24,695 nt of DNA from Thermodesulfobacteriota bacterium (lineage in GTDB: Bacteria; Desulfobacterota; Desulfobulbia; Desulfobulbales; SURF-16). The stretch's first letter is position 1. Every line of letters begins with the position of its first letter. The notes under the pieces were generated by a model. That model was not told where the DNA came from. It did no database searches and worked only from the letters and a program-made list of their open reading frames with translations. This document shows, piece by piece, positions 8,821-18,230 of the stretch. Where the stretch lies: NCBI GenBank assembly GCA_040755455.1, contig JBFMAY010000050.1:1-24695 (forward strand), given 5' to 3'. The position numbers were made by a program, and so were the translations under genes.

Positions 8821-9333
8821 ATGATTAAAGATTCGTTAAAACACTGTGCCAAACCGATGGTGATGCTGTTTGTTCTCGTACTGGTAATGGGAGGTGCGTT
8901 TACCGCCCTGGCGGAGACTGAACATTCCGCAAAAATCAAGGAAGCCATGACCGTCATGAAAGACCAGGCCGCAAAGCTTGGCGAGCCCAAGGCGGATGGG
9001 ACCTCACTCTTCTTCGGCACGACTAAGATGAACGGCAACTATGAGATCGTTGACTCCTTGAAGGCCCAGTTCGGCTGCACGGCCACGTTCTTTGTAAAAA
9101 AGGGTGACGGGTTTATACGCATCAGCACCAATGTGTTGAAAGACGGCAACCGCGCTGTCGGTACCCCGTTGGACCCCAATGGACCCGCGATTGCAGCCAT
9201 ACGAAAAGGCGAAGTGTTCTATGGGGTTGTTGACATTCTTGGCAGTCAGTATGACACCGGTTATGAGCCCATTAATAACGCGGCCGGCGAAATCCAGGGC
9301 GTTTATTATATCGGTTACCCGTTGGCCAAATAG
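8821..9333 (+). CDS. Stand-alone exported Cache domain protein (Cache_3/Cache_2 fusion-like)
   Basis: Signal peptide ending ALA; TATFFVKKGDGFIRISTNV..GNRAVGTPL..GEVFYGVVDILG..YDTGYEPI; AGGAG RBS. Confidence 0.87.
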   Translation: MIKDSLKHCAKPMVMLFVLVLVMGGAFTALAETEHSAKIKEAMTVMKDQAAKLGEPKADGTSLFFGTTKMNGNYEIVDSLKAQFGCTATFFVKKGDGFIRISTNVLKDGNRAVGTPLDPNGPAIAAIRKGEVFYGVVDILGSQYDTGYEPINNAAGEIQGVYYIGYPLAK

Positions 9334-9364
9334 CACCACAGAAACGAAAGAAATTCATAAACCC

Positions 9365-9392
9365 TGGCGCCCCGATCCCCATCAGGGCGCCA
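9365..9392. other. GC-rich intergenic hairpin between the Cache gene and the MCP
   Basis: tggcgccc-c-gat cccc atc-a-gggcgcca. Confidence 0.45.
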
Positions 9393-9412
9393 CACCATGA
9401 CAGGAGCGTTGC

Positions 9413-11266
9413 ATGTTCAAGCGAATAAGTCTTGTCGCGAAATTAAGCTTTGGCTTTGGTTTCGTAATCCTTGTTTCAATCGCAACAGGTAGCATTGCGG
9501 TCATGAGCATGAACCGTTTCGGGACATGCGCCGCAACACTTTCGCAAGACTATGTGCCGGAAGTGACCGTGGCCAACAACATGGAACGCAATACGTTTTC
9601 CATGCTGCTCGAGATGCGCGGTTACGAATATACGGATAACGCCCTTTTTCTCGATGAAGCCCGAAAATACCTCGATAACGTCAAACAAGACATTAAGGAC
9701 GCCGTCAATCATGGCCTGCCCCAATTGAAAGAGGGCGCCGAGAACGCAGAACAGGGCATGCTGGAATACGAAAGACTTATCGGGGAAACCGTCGTATTAA
9801 TAGGGGAGCTCGAAAAGGAACGCAAAGTGGCTGAGGAATCGAGTCTCCAATATATGATGGTTTGCCACACCTTTCTGGAGAGCCAGAAAGTAGCCATGCA
9901 GGGTGAAATTATTGCGGGCCTTGAAGGCGATCAACTCGAACAACGACTCAATCGAATAGCCCTGGTGACGGACATTATCGACCTGGGCAACCAAGTCGTT
10001 ACGGGCACCTGGAAGGCGCAATTCAACCGTGATCCAAAGTCCCTTATCGAGACACTGGCAATATTTGCTAAAGCTGATGATAAATTGAATGCTTTAAAGA
10101 AGATATGCGATTTTGAGGGTGATTTAAAAAAGATTGAAGAAACCCGTTCCGCGATGCTCACTTTTAAAGGAGCCAATGCCAAACTGGCGGAAAAATGGCT
10201 GGCGAAGGAAGAGGCTGTCAAGCAGCGCACCGTTTTGGCGAAAAGCATCATCGAGCAGGCAAAAAACATTGCCGGCATGGGCTTGGGGGATATGACCCGG
10301 GCCACCGAAACCACATCCCGTACGATTTCCGTTTCCTCTCAGCTCATCAGTGTGGGAATTATCTTTGGCTTGTTATTTTCCATGGTAATCGCCGTTGTTA
10401 TTGTGAGAAGTATCACCAGGCCCATCAAGCAGGTTATCGGCGCTTTAGGTTTCAGCGCGGAGCAGGTCAACGCTTCCGCCGATCAGGTGTCAAGCGCCAG
10501 TCAGCAATTGGCTGAGGGCGCCAGCGAGCAGGCCGCCAGTCTGGAGGAAAGTTCCGCCTCCTTGGAAGAGATGGCCTCCATGACGCGCCAGAGCGCCGAC
10601 AACGCCGGCAAGGCCGACAACCTGATGCGGGAATCGCAGACTGTTGTTCAAGGCGGCGTTGAGGCCATGAAACGTATGTCCGATGCCATTGCAAAAATCA
10701 AGACATCCTCCAGTGAAACGGCAAAAATCATCAAGACTATTGACGAAATTGCTTTTCAAACCAATCTGCTGGCTCTTAATGCCGCGGTTGAAGCGGCAAG
10801 GGCCGGAGAGGCGGGCATGGGCTTTGCCGTGGTAGCCGAGGAGGTGCGCAACCTGGCGCAGCGCAGCGCCGAGGCCGCTAAAAATACTGCCGAGTTGATA
10901 GAGGGTGCCGCGAAGAACGCCGAGGCAGGAGTGAATGTAACGTCCGAAGTTGCCAAAGCTTTATCGGCTATTCAGGAGAGCGCGGGGAAAGTCGCAACCC
11001 TCGTAGCGGAGATTGCGGCGGCATCAAAAGAACAGGCGCAGGGCATTGACCAGGTTAATACAGCGGTATCGGAAATGGACAAAGTAGTTCAACAGAACGC
11101 CGCCAGCGCCGAAAAATCCGCGGGCGCGTCGGAACAACTGTCCGCACAAGCACAAGAACTCAATGCACTGGTAACGCAACTTATGGAAATTGTGGGGGGC
11201 GGGAAAGACTCCCATGTGGAGGCTCATGTTCAACAACAATTATGTTTATCGGTCAGCGACAAGTAA
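9413..11266 (+). CDS. Methyl-accepting chemotaxis protein (2 TM, helical periplasmic sensor)
   Basis: Signalling tip [40 protein letters not shown]; methylation helices [21 protein letters not shown]. Confidence 0.96.
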   Translation: MFKRISLVAKLSFGFGFVILVSIATGSIAVMSMNRFGTCAATLSQDYVPEVTVANNMERNTFSMLLEMRGYEYTDNALFLDEARKYLDNVKQDIKDAVNHGLPQLKEGAENAEQGMLEYERLIGETVVLIGELEKERKVAEESSLQYMMVCHTFLESQKVAMQGEIIAGLEGDQLEQRLNRIALVTDIIDLGNQVVTGTWKAQFNRDPKSLIETLAIFAKADDKLNALKKICDFEGDLKKIEETRSAMLTFKGANAKLAEKWLAKEEAVKQRTVLAKSIIEQAKNIAGMGLGDMTRATETTSRTISVSSQLISVGIIFGLLFSMVIAVVIVRSITRPIKQVIGALGFSAEQVNASADQVSSASQQLAEGASEQAASLEESSASLEEMASMTRQSADNAGKADNLMRESQTVVQGGVEAMKRMSDAIAKIKTSSSETAKIIKTIDEIAFQTNLLALNAAVEAARAGEAGMGFAVVAEEVRNLAQRSAEAAKNTAELIEGAAKNAEAGVNVTSEVAKALSAIQESAGKVATLVAEIAAASKEQAQGIDQVNTAVSEMDKVVQQNAASAEKSAGASEQLSAQAQELNALVTQLMEIVGGGKDSHVEAHVQQQLCLSVSDK

Positions 11267-11399
11267 AATTCCGCCCCATTTTTCTCACCGTAACCGATGT
11301 TGCGGCGTGTTATCTTGTTGGAGCTCACAAACCTCCAAGAGGGCATTCTGTTTTAAACTATTTTGGACAACAATTACATAAGGGAATGTTCGCAGGCTT

Positions 11400-13136
11400 A
11401 TGGAAGCATCTTCGTTGTTGCATATTATTTTTGTCGCTGTGGGCGCGGTCTTTCTTGTTGTCTCGATCCTCCTGAATTTCAAGGAAAACAAAAATATTCC
11501 TCAAGACCTTGCCGGCAGGTGGCGTCTTTTGACATGCCTGCTTGTCTTTTATCTGGCCGGGTATATCGTCTTTCTCTTACTGCAGCCACTCCATCACATT
11601 TTTTTTTGGGAAAAAGGAACTTTTCTCTATATTACCCGCCAGACACCCTTTTATTACCTGGAGTTGGTGACCGGCCTTAGTTTCTTGGTCGGCGCCTTTT
11701 TTGTGTTCCTTGTCACGGGATTATCCATTAAAACCATCCGGCGGATCAATGAAGCCAGCGAAGTACTTGAAGAACAAGTCAGGCAGCGTACGCTGGAACT
11801 TGCTGAGAGCAATGAAAAGCTCGATGGAGAATTGACGGAGAAAAAAAAGTATGGGGCGCGGTTACAGTCCTCCCTCGCCGAACTGGCGCAGATCTTCAAC
11901 TCCGCATCGAGCGGCATGATGGTCATTGATATAAACTATGCCATTATCCGCGCCAACAGCAGTTTTTTGCAAATGGTCCGCCTCCCCAGGGAAGAAGTAA
12001 TCGGCAAAAAGTGTTTTGATGTTTTCTACGGGCCGAAATGCCATAGCCCCGATTGTCCCCTTGTCTTGATCAGCAACGGCTTACAGGCAGTAGAATACGA
12101 GATTGAAAAAATTCTTGCTGATCATGAGCGGATAATTTGCGAGCTGGGGGCAGCGCCTTTTTATGACTCTGAAGATCGGGTGATCGGTATTGTCGAGGAT
12201 TTCAAGGACATTACCCTCCGGAGAAAGGCAGAAGATGATCTGCTGGGGACATATGTCGAACTGATGGAGAAGAACAGGGATCTGGAGGAAGAACAGATAA
12301 ATCTGGCCCAGGCCCATTCCGAGCTGAAGGCCGCCCAGTCGCAGATGCTGCAGAGGGAGAAAATGGCCTCCCTTGGCCAGCTGGCGGCCGGCGTTGCCCA
12401 TGAGATCAACAACCCGGTCGGTTTTATCGCCAGCAACCTCGCCACGCTGGCCAAATATATCGACAGGTTGACGGAGTATATCGCTCTGCAGGAAAAGGCC
12501 GCGCCGGGTGAAGCTCAGGAGCAATTGCGGGAAGCAAGGGAGAAGCTAAAAATTGAATATATTGCTGGAGATGCCAAGGACCTGATCAGGGAATCCTTGG
12601 ACGGCACGGACCGGGTGAGCACCATTGTCCGGGGGCTGAAGAGTTTTTCTCGGGTTGATGGGGCAACCCAACAGGCGACGGACATCAATGAGTGTCTGGA
12701 GGCCACGTTAAATATCGTCTGGAATGAACTGAAATACAAGGCTGTTGTCACGAAGGATTACGGCAGTATTTCCCGCACCCTTTGCAATCCCCAGCAGCTC
12801 AATCAGGTATTCATGAATCTGCTGGTTAACGCCGCCCAGGCCATTGAGAAACGGGGAGAGATCCGTATCAGATCGAGAGAGGAAAATGGCTGGATTTTCA
12901 TTTCCATTGCCGACACTGGCTGCGGCGTCCCGCCAGAGCACCTTTCCCGCATATTCGAGCCGTTTTTTACCACTAAAGACGTTGGCAAAGGCACGGGGCT
13001 TGGGCTAAGCATCTCCTATGATATCATCAAGAAGCACGGCGGGGATATCAGTGTGGAGAGCGAACCCGGCCGCGGCACCACTTTTAACGTGAAAATTCCT
13101 GTTGTCACGGAATTTCGAGAAATTCAGACAATATGA
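11400..13136 (+). CDS. Membrane PAS histidine kinase (NtrB-like)
   Basis: 3 N-terminal hydrophobic segments; PAS; QREKMASLGQLAAGVAHEINNP; NLLVNAAQA; FFTTK; GTGLGL. Confidence 0.92.
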   Translation: MEASSLLHIIFVAVGAVFLVVSILLNFKENKNIPQDLAGRWRLLTCLLVFYLAGYIVFLLLQPLHHIFFWEKGTFLYITRQTPFYYLELVTGLSFLVGAFFVFLVTGLSIKTIRRINEASEVLEEQVRQRTLELAESNEKLDGELTEKKKYGARLQSSLAELAQIFNSASSGMMVIDINYAIIRANSSFLQMVRLPREEVIGKKCFDVFYGPKCHSPDCPLVLISNGLQAVEYEIEKILADHERIICELGAAPFYDSEDRVIGIVEDFKDITLRRKAEDDLLGTYVELMEKNRDLEEEQINLAQAHSELKAAQSQMLQREKMASLGQLAAGVAHEINNPVGFIASNLATLAKYIDRLTEYIALQEKAAPGEAQEQLREAREKLKIEYIAGDAKDLIRESLDGTDRVSTIVRGLKSFSRVDGATQQATDINECLEATLNIVWNELKYKAVVTKDYGSISRTLCNPQQLNQVFMNLLVNAAQAIEKRGEIRIRSREENGWIFISIADTGCGVPPEHLSRIFEPFFTTKDVGKGTGLGLSISYDIIKKHGGDISVESEPGRGTTFNVKIPVVTEFREIQTI

Positions 13137-14238
13137 TTTTGACCGTGCGGCAAATTCCGCCCGTTTCGCCTCATTCCATTGTTGCACAGGCAGCAGGTAG
13201 CCAACAACACGGGAATATACCTCGGTCGTTGTCTGACAGTGCGGGCAATTCTTATGTTCACCAGAGAGATAGCCATGCTGCGGGCAGATGGAAAAGACCG
13301 GAGTGAGGGTGAAGTATGGCAGCTTATACTGCGAACAGACCGTTTGAACAAAGGATTTGACGGCTCCCGGATCAATGTCGGATTCTCCGAGGAAGCAGTG
13401 CACCATTGTCCCGCCGGTATATTTAACCTGCAGTTCATCCTGATGATCGAGCAGTTCGAAGATATCGTCGGTGTAATTGACCGGCAGTTGGGTCGAATTG
13501 GAATATATCGCCAACCTGCCGTTCTCGCTGCAGGCCAATGAGGTCATCATCCCCGGAAAACGCCGGGCGTCAAGCCGTGCCAGCCTATGCCCCGTTCCCT
13601 CTGCAGGAGTTGCTTCAAGATTGTATTGATTGCCGGTTTCCTGCTGATACTGCTGCAATCGCATGCGCATATGATCCAGAATCCTGAGGGCAAATTGCCG
13701 CCCCTGTGCATGGCCTATGTCAACGCCATAAAGATTCAGGCAGGCTTCATTGACGCCGATCAGACCTATTGTGGAAAAGTGGTTTTCCCAGAATCGGCCG
13801 AATCGTTGGTGGACATTTCGCAGATAGAGTCTGGTATACGGATAGAGGCCCTTGTCGGTAAAGGCTTCCAGCACTTTTCTCTTGGTTTCGAGGGAGGTCC
13901 TGGCTGTCTGCATCAACTGGTCGAGCCGCCTGAAAAAATCAACCTCGTCAGAAGCCTGATAACCAATAGCTGCCATGTTGATCGTCACCACCCCAATCGA
14001 ACCGGTCAGTGGATTTGCTCCAAAAAGCCCTCCCCCTCGCTTTTCCAGTTCCCGGGTATCCTGAGACGGCAGCACATGGAAGGGCATCATCGGGTTTCAT
14101 ATCAGAATTGACAAAATTGGCAAAATACGGCAGACCGTACTTGGCGGTAACACTCCAAAGGCTGTCAAGGACGGGATCATCCCAGTTGAAATCAGCCGTG
14201 ATGTTATAGGTGGGAATCGGGAAAGTGAAGACTCTGCC
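13130..14238 (-). pseudogene. nrdD: Anaerobic (class III) ribonucleoside-triphosphate reductase, 5'-deleted and frameshifted
   Basis: GRVFTFPIPTYNITADFNW..TAKYGLPYFANFVNSDMKPDDA, then SMCCRLR in a shifted frame, then GGGLFGANPLTGSIGVVTINM, LEATPAEG, YTGGT, CPQHGY..CPHC, YSRVVGY glycyl-radical loop; no start codon or N-terminal half; 3' boundary approximate. Confidence 0.9.
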
Positions 14239-14245
14239 CGGTTAC

Positions 14246-14293
14246 CAACTATATATTGTTGTGTTTGTTTTTCGTCAATACAAAATATAGTTG
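14246..14293. promoter_or_regulatory. Tandem NrdR boxes
   Basis: caaCTATATATTGttg (14246-14261) and ataCAAAATATAGttg (14278-14293) match acaCwAtATaTwGtgt; 32-bp start-to-start spacing; directly upstream of the nrdD remnant. Confidence 0.8.
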
Positions 14294-14457
14294 TTGCTTG
14301 CGCACGCAGACCCAGCATAAGCGCATGGCAATTCGGGATCAAAGGCGCCATCCCGGCAATCGAACCGGGGTACCGGGCATGAGCCGCATGATCCAAAACC
14401 GTACCCCCGGTAATATCACTGAGACGCAGGACAAACCTTATGTTTGAAGTTGCAAAA

Positions 14458-14499
14458 AAACGTCAAAAACGATTTTAATATTATAAACGTCAAAAGCGA
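14458..14499 (+). repeat. 15-bp direct repeat upstream of the HTH-REC regulator
   Basis: aaacgtcaaaaacga (14458-14472) and aaacgtcaaaagcga (14485-14499). Confidence 0.5.
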
Positions 14500-14509
14500 G
14501 GACGATTAT

Positions 14510-15073
14510 ATGGAGTTTATTACGACATCCCAGGCAAGCAAGCTCTGCGGCGTAGGCCGGACAACCATCGCAAAATGGGTTGATGCGGGACGGGTCCAGG
14601 CTTATCTGACTCCCGGCGGTCACCGTAAAATCAACAAGGCCGACCTGATAGGCTTTATGGAAGAACAGCATGCCGTAACAGATAGAATCGTGAAGCAAAA
14701 AACACGCATATTAATAGTGGATGACAATTCGGATGATATTGAACTTCTCAAGGCCGCCTTTATGGTCGGCGGGGATAGATACGAGATCCATACGGCCGAT
14801 GGAGGCTTCCAGGCTATTTATAAGATCGGGGCCGTCAAGCCGCATGTGGTTATTCTTGATTTGGTTATGCCGGACATGGATGGCTTTGAGGTATGCGCAA
14901 ACATCAAAAACAGTCCGGAAACCAAGATGATCAAAGTGATCGCCGTAACTGCTTTCAATGATCTCCAGAAAAAACAAAAGGCCCACGAATGCGGTGTGGA
15001 CGCCTATTTTACCAAACCTCTTAATCTAAAGGCCTTTGTGAACAAAATTTTAGACTTTTCAGAGCCTGAGTAA
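14510..15073 (+). CDS. Response regulator with N-terminal excisionase-like (MerR/HTH_17) DNA-binding domain
   Basis: FITTSQASKLCGVGRTTIAKWVDAGRVQAYLTPGGHRKI followed by REC ILIVDD..ILDLVMPDMDG..FTKP; GAGGA RBS before ATG 14510. Confidence 0.9.
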   Translation: MEFITTSQASKLCGVGRTTIAKWVDAGRVQAYLTPGGHRKINKADLIGFMEEQHAVTDRIVKQKTRILIVDDNSDDIELLKAAFMVGGDRYEIHTADGGFQAIYKIGAVKPHVVILDLVMPDMDGFEVCANIKNSPETKMIKVIAVTAFNDLQKKQKAHECGVDAYFTKPLNLKAFVNKILDFSEPE

Positions 15074-15145
15074 GAAATTGCGCGGCTTGGTCTTGATTGA
15101 GGCTCTCGGGGAGATGATCGCAGGGTGCGGTTTACGTGATCAGAG

Positions 15146-16513
15146 ATGGTTGAGGCGGCAAAAGTGAGGAACGGTTTGAAACGGATATTGGTGGCGCCAG
15201 GTGAGCTTAAGGTGAGCGCTGATCGTTCAATAACCCTGGAGACGCACCTGGGTTCGTGTGTTGGCGTTGCCATGTATGACCGTGAAGCAACCGTGGGTGG
15301 ATTAATCCACATAATGTTGCCCGGCGGCACCAAAGACAAAGCGGCCACCGCCCCAAGCCGGTATGCCGTTTCGGGCATACCACTGCTCATTGCCGAGATG
15401 GAAAAACTGGGCGCGTCAAAACAGAGGATCGCGGCCGCCATAGCGGGCGGGGCCTTGATGCTGATAGACAAGAAGCTCAGTGTGGATATGAATATCGGCA
15501 GAAAAAACTCCATCATGGTCAGAGAAGTGCTTATGGCGCAAGAGATACCCATCATAAGCGAGGATACCGGAGGGAATTTCGCCAGGACCTTCGCATTGGA
15601 TCTGGCCACCGGAAAGACCGGGGTCGAGATGGCAAGTCACGGAAAAAAAAGAAAGCCTTTTGCCGGTATCCCCGAGAAAGTCCGGTTAAACGATCTGAGA
15701 CGCAAAATCGATAAATTGAAGCCGGTTTCCGAGATCGCCCGCCAGGTCATTGCAAGAATAGAATACGCCACATGCGATATCAACGAGCTGGAAAAGATTA
15801 TCATGAGAGATCAAGCGCTCACGGCCAATGTCCTGAAAATATGCAACTCCGCCTACTATGGCCTGCAACATCAGATCTCCAGCATCTCGAAAGCGGTTAT
15901 TTTCCTCGGTTTAAAGACATTAAAAAACATCGTTCTGACCGCCTGCATATACAGGCTCTACGAAGACACGCTTTGCGGCTATTCCGCAAAAAGAGGGGAG
16001 CTTTTCAAACATTCCACCTGCTGCGCCATCGTGGCCGAACTGATCGCGAAGCAAAAGATGCTCGAAGACCCTAAAGCGGTTTTTACGGCTGGATTGCTTC
16101 ATGACATCGGCAAGGTGGTCCTGGATCAATATGTATTTGAAAGATTTAATCTGATTATGGACAAGGTTATTAATGAAAAAAGTTCATTTGTGGCGGCGGA
16201 GAAGGAACTGTTGGGATACGATCATACCGAGGTGGGGGGTATTGTAGCCGAGGACTGGAGGCTGCCGCCGTTTTTAGTCAAGGCGATATCATCGCACCAT
16301 CTTCCGGAAGGCGGCGGGGAGTATGCGGAAATTGTCGCGGCAGTCCATATCGCGGACGGCATCTGCTCCATGATCGGGGCGGACTGCGGGGTGGACGGAC
16401 TGGCAAACCGGATTCATCAGGAAGCCCTGTCAATTATTGATCTGAATGAGGGTGATATTGATTGCCTTATCGAGCAACTGGCGGAGGTTGTGAGCAGGAA
16501 GGAGCTGTTGTAA
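15146..16513 (+). CDS. cheD: CheD (chemoreceptor glutamine deamidase)-HDOD fusion protein
   Basis: CheD motifs LGSCVGV, HIMLP, AGGA, IGRKN, EDTGG; HDOD motifs DQALTANVLKICNSAYYG, AGLLHDIGK, DHTEVG, W.LP, HH; start approximate. Confidence 0.88.
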   Translation: MVEAAKVRNGLKRILVAPGELKVSADRSITLETHLGSCVGVAMYDREATVGGLIHIMLPGGTKDKAATAPSRYAVSGIPLLIAEMEKLGASKQRIAAAIAGGALMLIDKKLSVDMNIGRKNSIMVREVLMAQEIPIISEDTGGNFARTFALDLATGKTGVEMASHGKKRKPFAGIPEKVRLNDLRRKIDKLKPVSEIARQVIARIEYATCDINELEKIIMRDQALTANVLKICNSAYYGLQHQISSISKAVIFLGLKTLKNIVLTACIYRLYEDTLCGYSAKRGELFKHSTCCAIVAELIAKQKMLEDPKAVFTAGLLHDIGKVVLDQYVFERFNLIMDKVINEKSSFVAAEKELLGYDHTEVGGIVAEDWRLPPFLVKAISSHHLPEGGGEYAEIVAAVHIADGICSMIGADCGVDGLANRIHQEALSIIDLNEGDIDCLIEQLAEVVSRKELL

Positions 16514-16561
16514 TTCCTCGCGTGTTTGCCGCCGGGCAACTTGGCTCAGTGTGAAAGAAAA

Positions 16562-17416
16562 ATGAATGAAGAAGACAGGTATTTCAAAATAATTTTACAG
16601 ATAATAAACGCACGGCATGGCCTTGATTTCTCACAATACCAGGAGAACACCATTAAACGGAGGCTGTCCAGAAGACTGGCCGCCACACGAGCCAATGGCT
16701 ATCGCGAGTATGCTGCCGTTATTGAAAACGGTCCTGAAGAATCCAAACGGCTGATAAAGGATTTTACCATAAAAGTAAGCCGGTTTTTCAGGGACCGTCA
16801 AGTCTTTGAATTATTATCCGGGGAGATATTGCCGGACTTGTTCCAATCAAAGGCAAGGCGCCATGACAGAGACTTGCGGATATGGTGCGCCGGATGCGCC
16901 TTTGGCGAAGAGGCCTTTTCCATGGCCATCATCTTGGCCGAATATATGAAAAAAACAGGTGAACACATAACCGGCGACAATATCGCCATCTTCGGTTCTG
17001 ATATCGATGATGAGGCCTTGAACAGGGCCGGGAAGGGCGTCTTTAATGCCGAGGCCGTTGCGGAGGTAAGGGAAAATACCCTTGATACCTACTTCCTCCA
17101 TGATGGCGGCAATCATTATCAGGTGATTGACTCCATTAAAGAGATGGTGACTTTCTGCAATCACGATATTACTTCTCAAAAGAGAAGGTCCCCGGCAGCA
17201 GGCATAGTGGCCAACTATGATCTGATCCTGTGCCGTAACCTTCTGATCTATTTTACCGATCAGCTCCAGCAGCGGGCGTTTTTAAACCTTTTCAATTCCT
17301 TGAATCCTGGCGGCTATCTGATCCTCGGCAAATCGGAATCAATTCCGCCGGAACTGAAGGATTTTTTTATAATGAAGTATGCAAATATGAAGATTTACCA
17401 AAAGATCCTAAAATAA
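16562..17416 (+). CDS. cheR: Protein-glutamate O-methyltransferase CheR
   Basis: GLDFSQY..TIKRRL, SRFFRD, IWCAGCAFGEE, GSDID, DLILCRNLLIYF, GYLILGKSE. Confidence 0.93.
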   Translation: MNEEDRYFKIILQIINARHGLDFSQYQENTIKRRLSRRLAATRANGYREYAAVIENGPEESKRLIKDFTIKVSRFFRDRQVFELLSGEILPDLFQSKARRHDRDLRIWCAGCAFGEEAFSMAIILAEYMKKTGEHITGDNIAIFGSDIDDEALNRAGKGVFNAEAVAEVRENTLDTYFLHDGGNHYQVIDSIKEMVTFCNHDITSQKRRSPAAGIVANYDLILCRNLLIYFTDQLQQRAFLNLFNSLNPGGYLILGKSESIPPELKDFFIMKYANMKIYQKILK

Positions 17417-17431
17417 GGAGCGACAGGTGAT

Positions 17432-18103
17432 ATGCGACAACTCGACCATAGCGGAGAAGCTCAGGCGCCGAAGGTGCTGCTGGTTGAAGATCATAAGGAT
17501 GTTGCCTTTGTGGTGAGCGAAGCACTGCAATACCATCTCGGCTGTGAGGTGATGGCGGCCAGGGATGGTAATGAGTGTCTGAAAATCGTTCGTGCCGCCC
17601 TGCCCGACGTAATCCTGCTTGACATCCATATGCCGGGCATGGACGGTTTTGAGGTCTGCCGTATCCTTAAAGAAGATGAAGCCACCGCTCATATCCCCAT
17701 AATTTTTCTCACCGCCAGCTGTCATGAACTGAAAAATAAGATCAGGGGGCTGGAAATCGGGGCGGATGATTATTTAATCCAACCGATTGACAATCTGGAG
17801 CTGGTCACCCGAGTCAAGGTTATGCTGAGAATCAAAAAACTCATTGACAAAGCGCGGATGGGCGGAGAAAAGCCGGGGAATAACCAGGAAGCAAGAGCGG
17901 AGTTGCTGGCCATGGCATCGCATGAATTAAGGACGCCGTTAAATTCCATTCTGGGCTTTTCAGAACTCCTTACAAACGAATTCTATGGAACATTGAACCC
18001 GAAACAGAAGGAGTTTGTCGATTTTATCCAGGCAAACGGGGAAAAGCTTCTGACACATATAGATGATTTTATTGAAAGGTACAAGGGGCTGTTATCGTTA
18101 TGA
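17432..18103 (+). CDS. Receiver + HisKA protein lacking an ATPase domain
   Basis: REC VLLVED..LLDIHMPGMDG; H-box ASHELRTPLNSILGF; stops at the end of the HisKA helices. Confidence 0.82.
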   Translation: MRQLDHSGEAQAPKVLLVEDHKDVAFVVSEALQYHLGCEVMAARDGNECLKIVRAALPDVILLDIHMPGMDGFEVCRILKEDEATAHIPIIFLTASCHELKNKIRGLEIGADDYLIQPIDNLELVTRVKVMLRIKKLIDKARMGGEKPGNNQEARAELLAMASHELRTPLNSILGFSELLTNEFYGTLNPKQKEFVDFIQANGEKLLTHIDDFIERYKGLLSL

Positions 18104-18230
18104 AGATTAGACTCTTACACTTTTGGCCTGAGAAATTATCCCGCTGGTGTACATCATATTGAAATTATAATCAAAATATCTGCTCTAAGAATCCTGGCCA
18201 GCTCTGCTGGGTTAGCTTTATAGAATAATC

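Noticed and set aside
13005..14090. 361-aa ORF as a functional NrdD
   Set aside because: Begins inside a frameshifted region, lacks the N-terminal half and SMCCR motif, and reads through into the convergent kinase gene
14298..14440. Cobalamin riboswitch upstream of nrdD
   Set aside because: No B12-box or conserved core recognisable on the - strand
14510..14680. Excisionase-like domain as evidence of a prophage
   Set aside because: Fused to a receiver domain; no phage or integrase genes nearby
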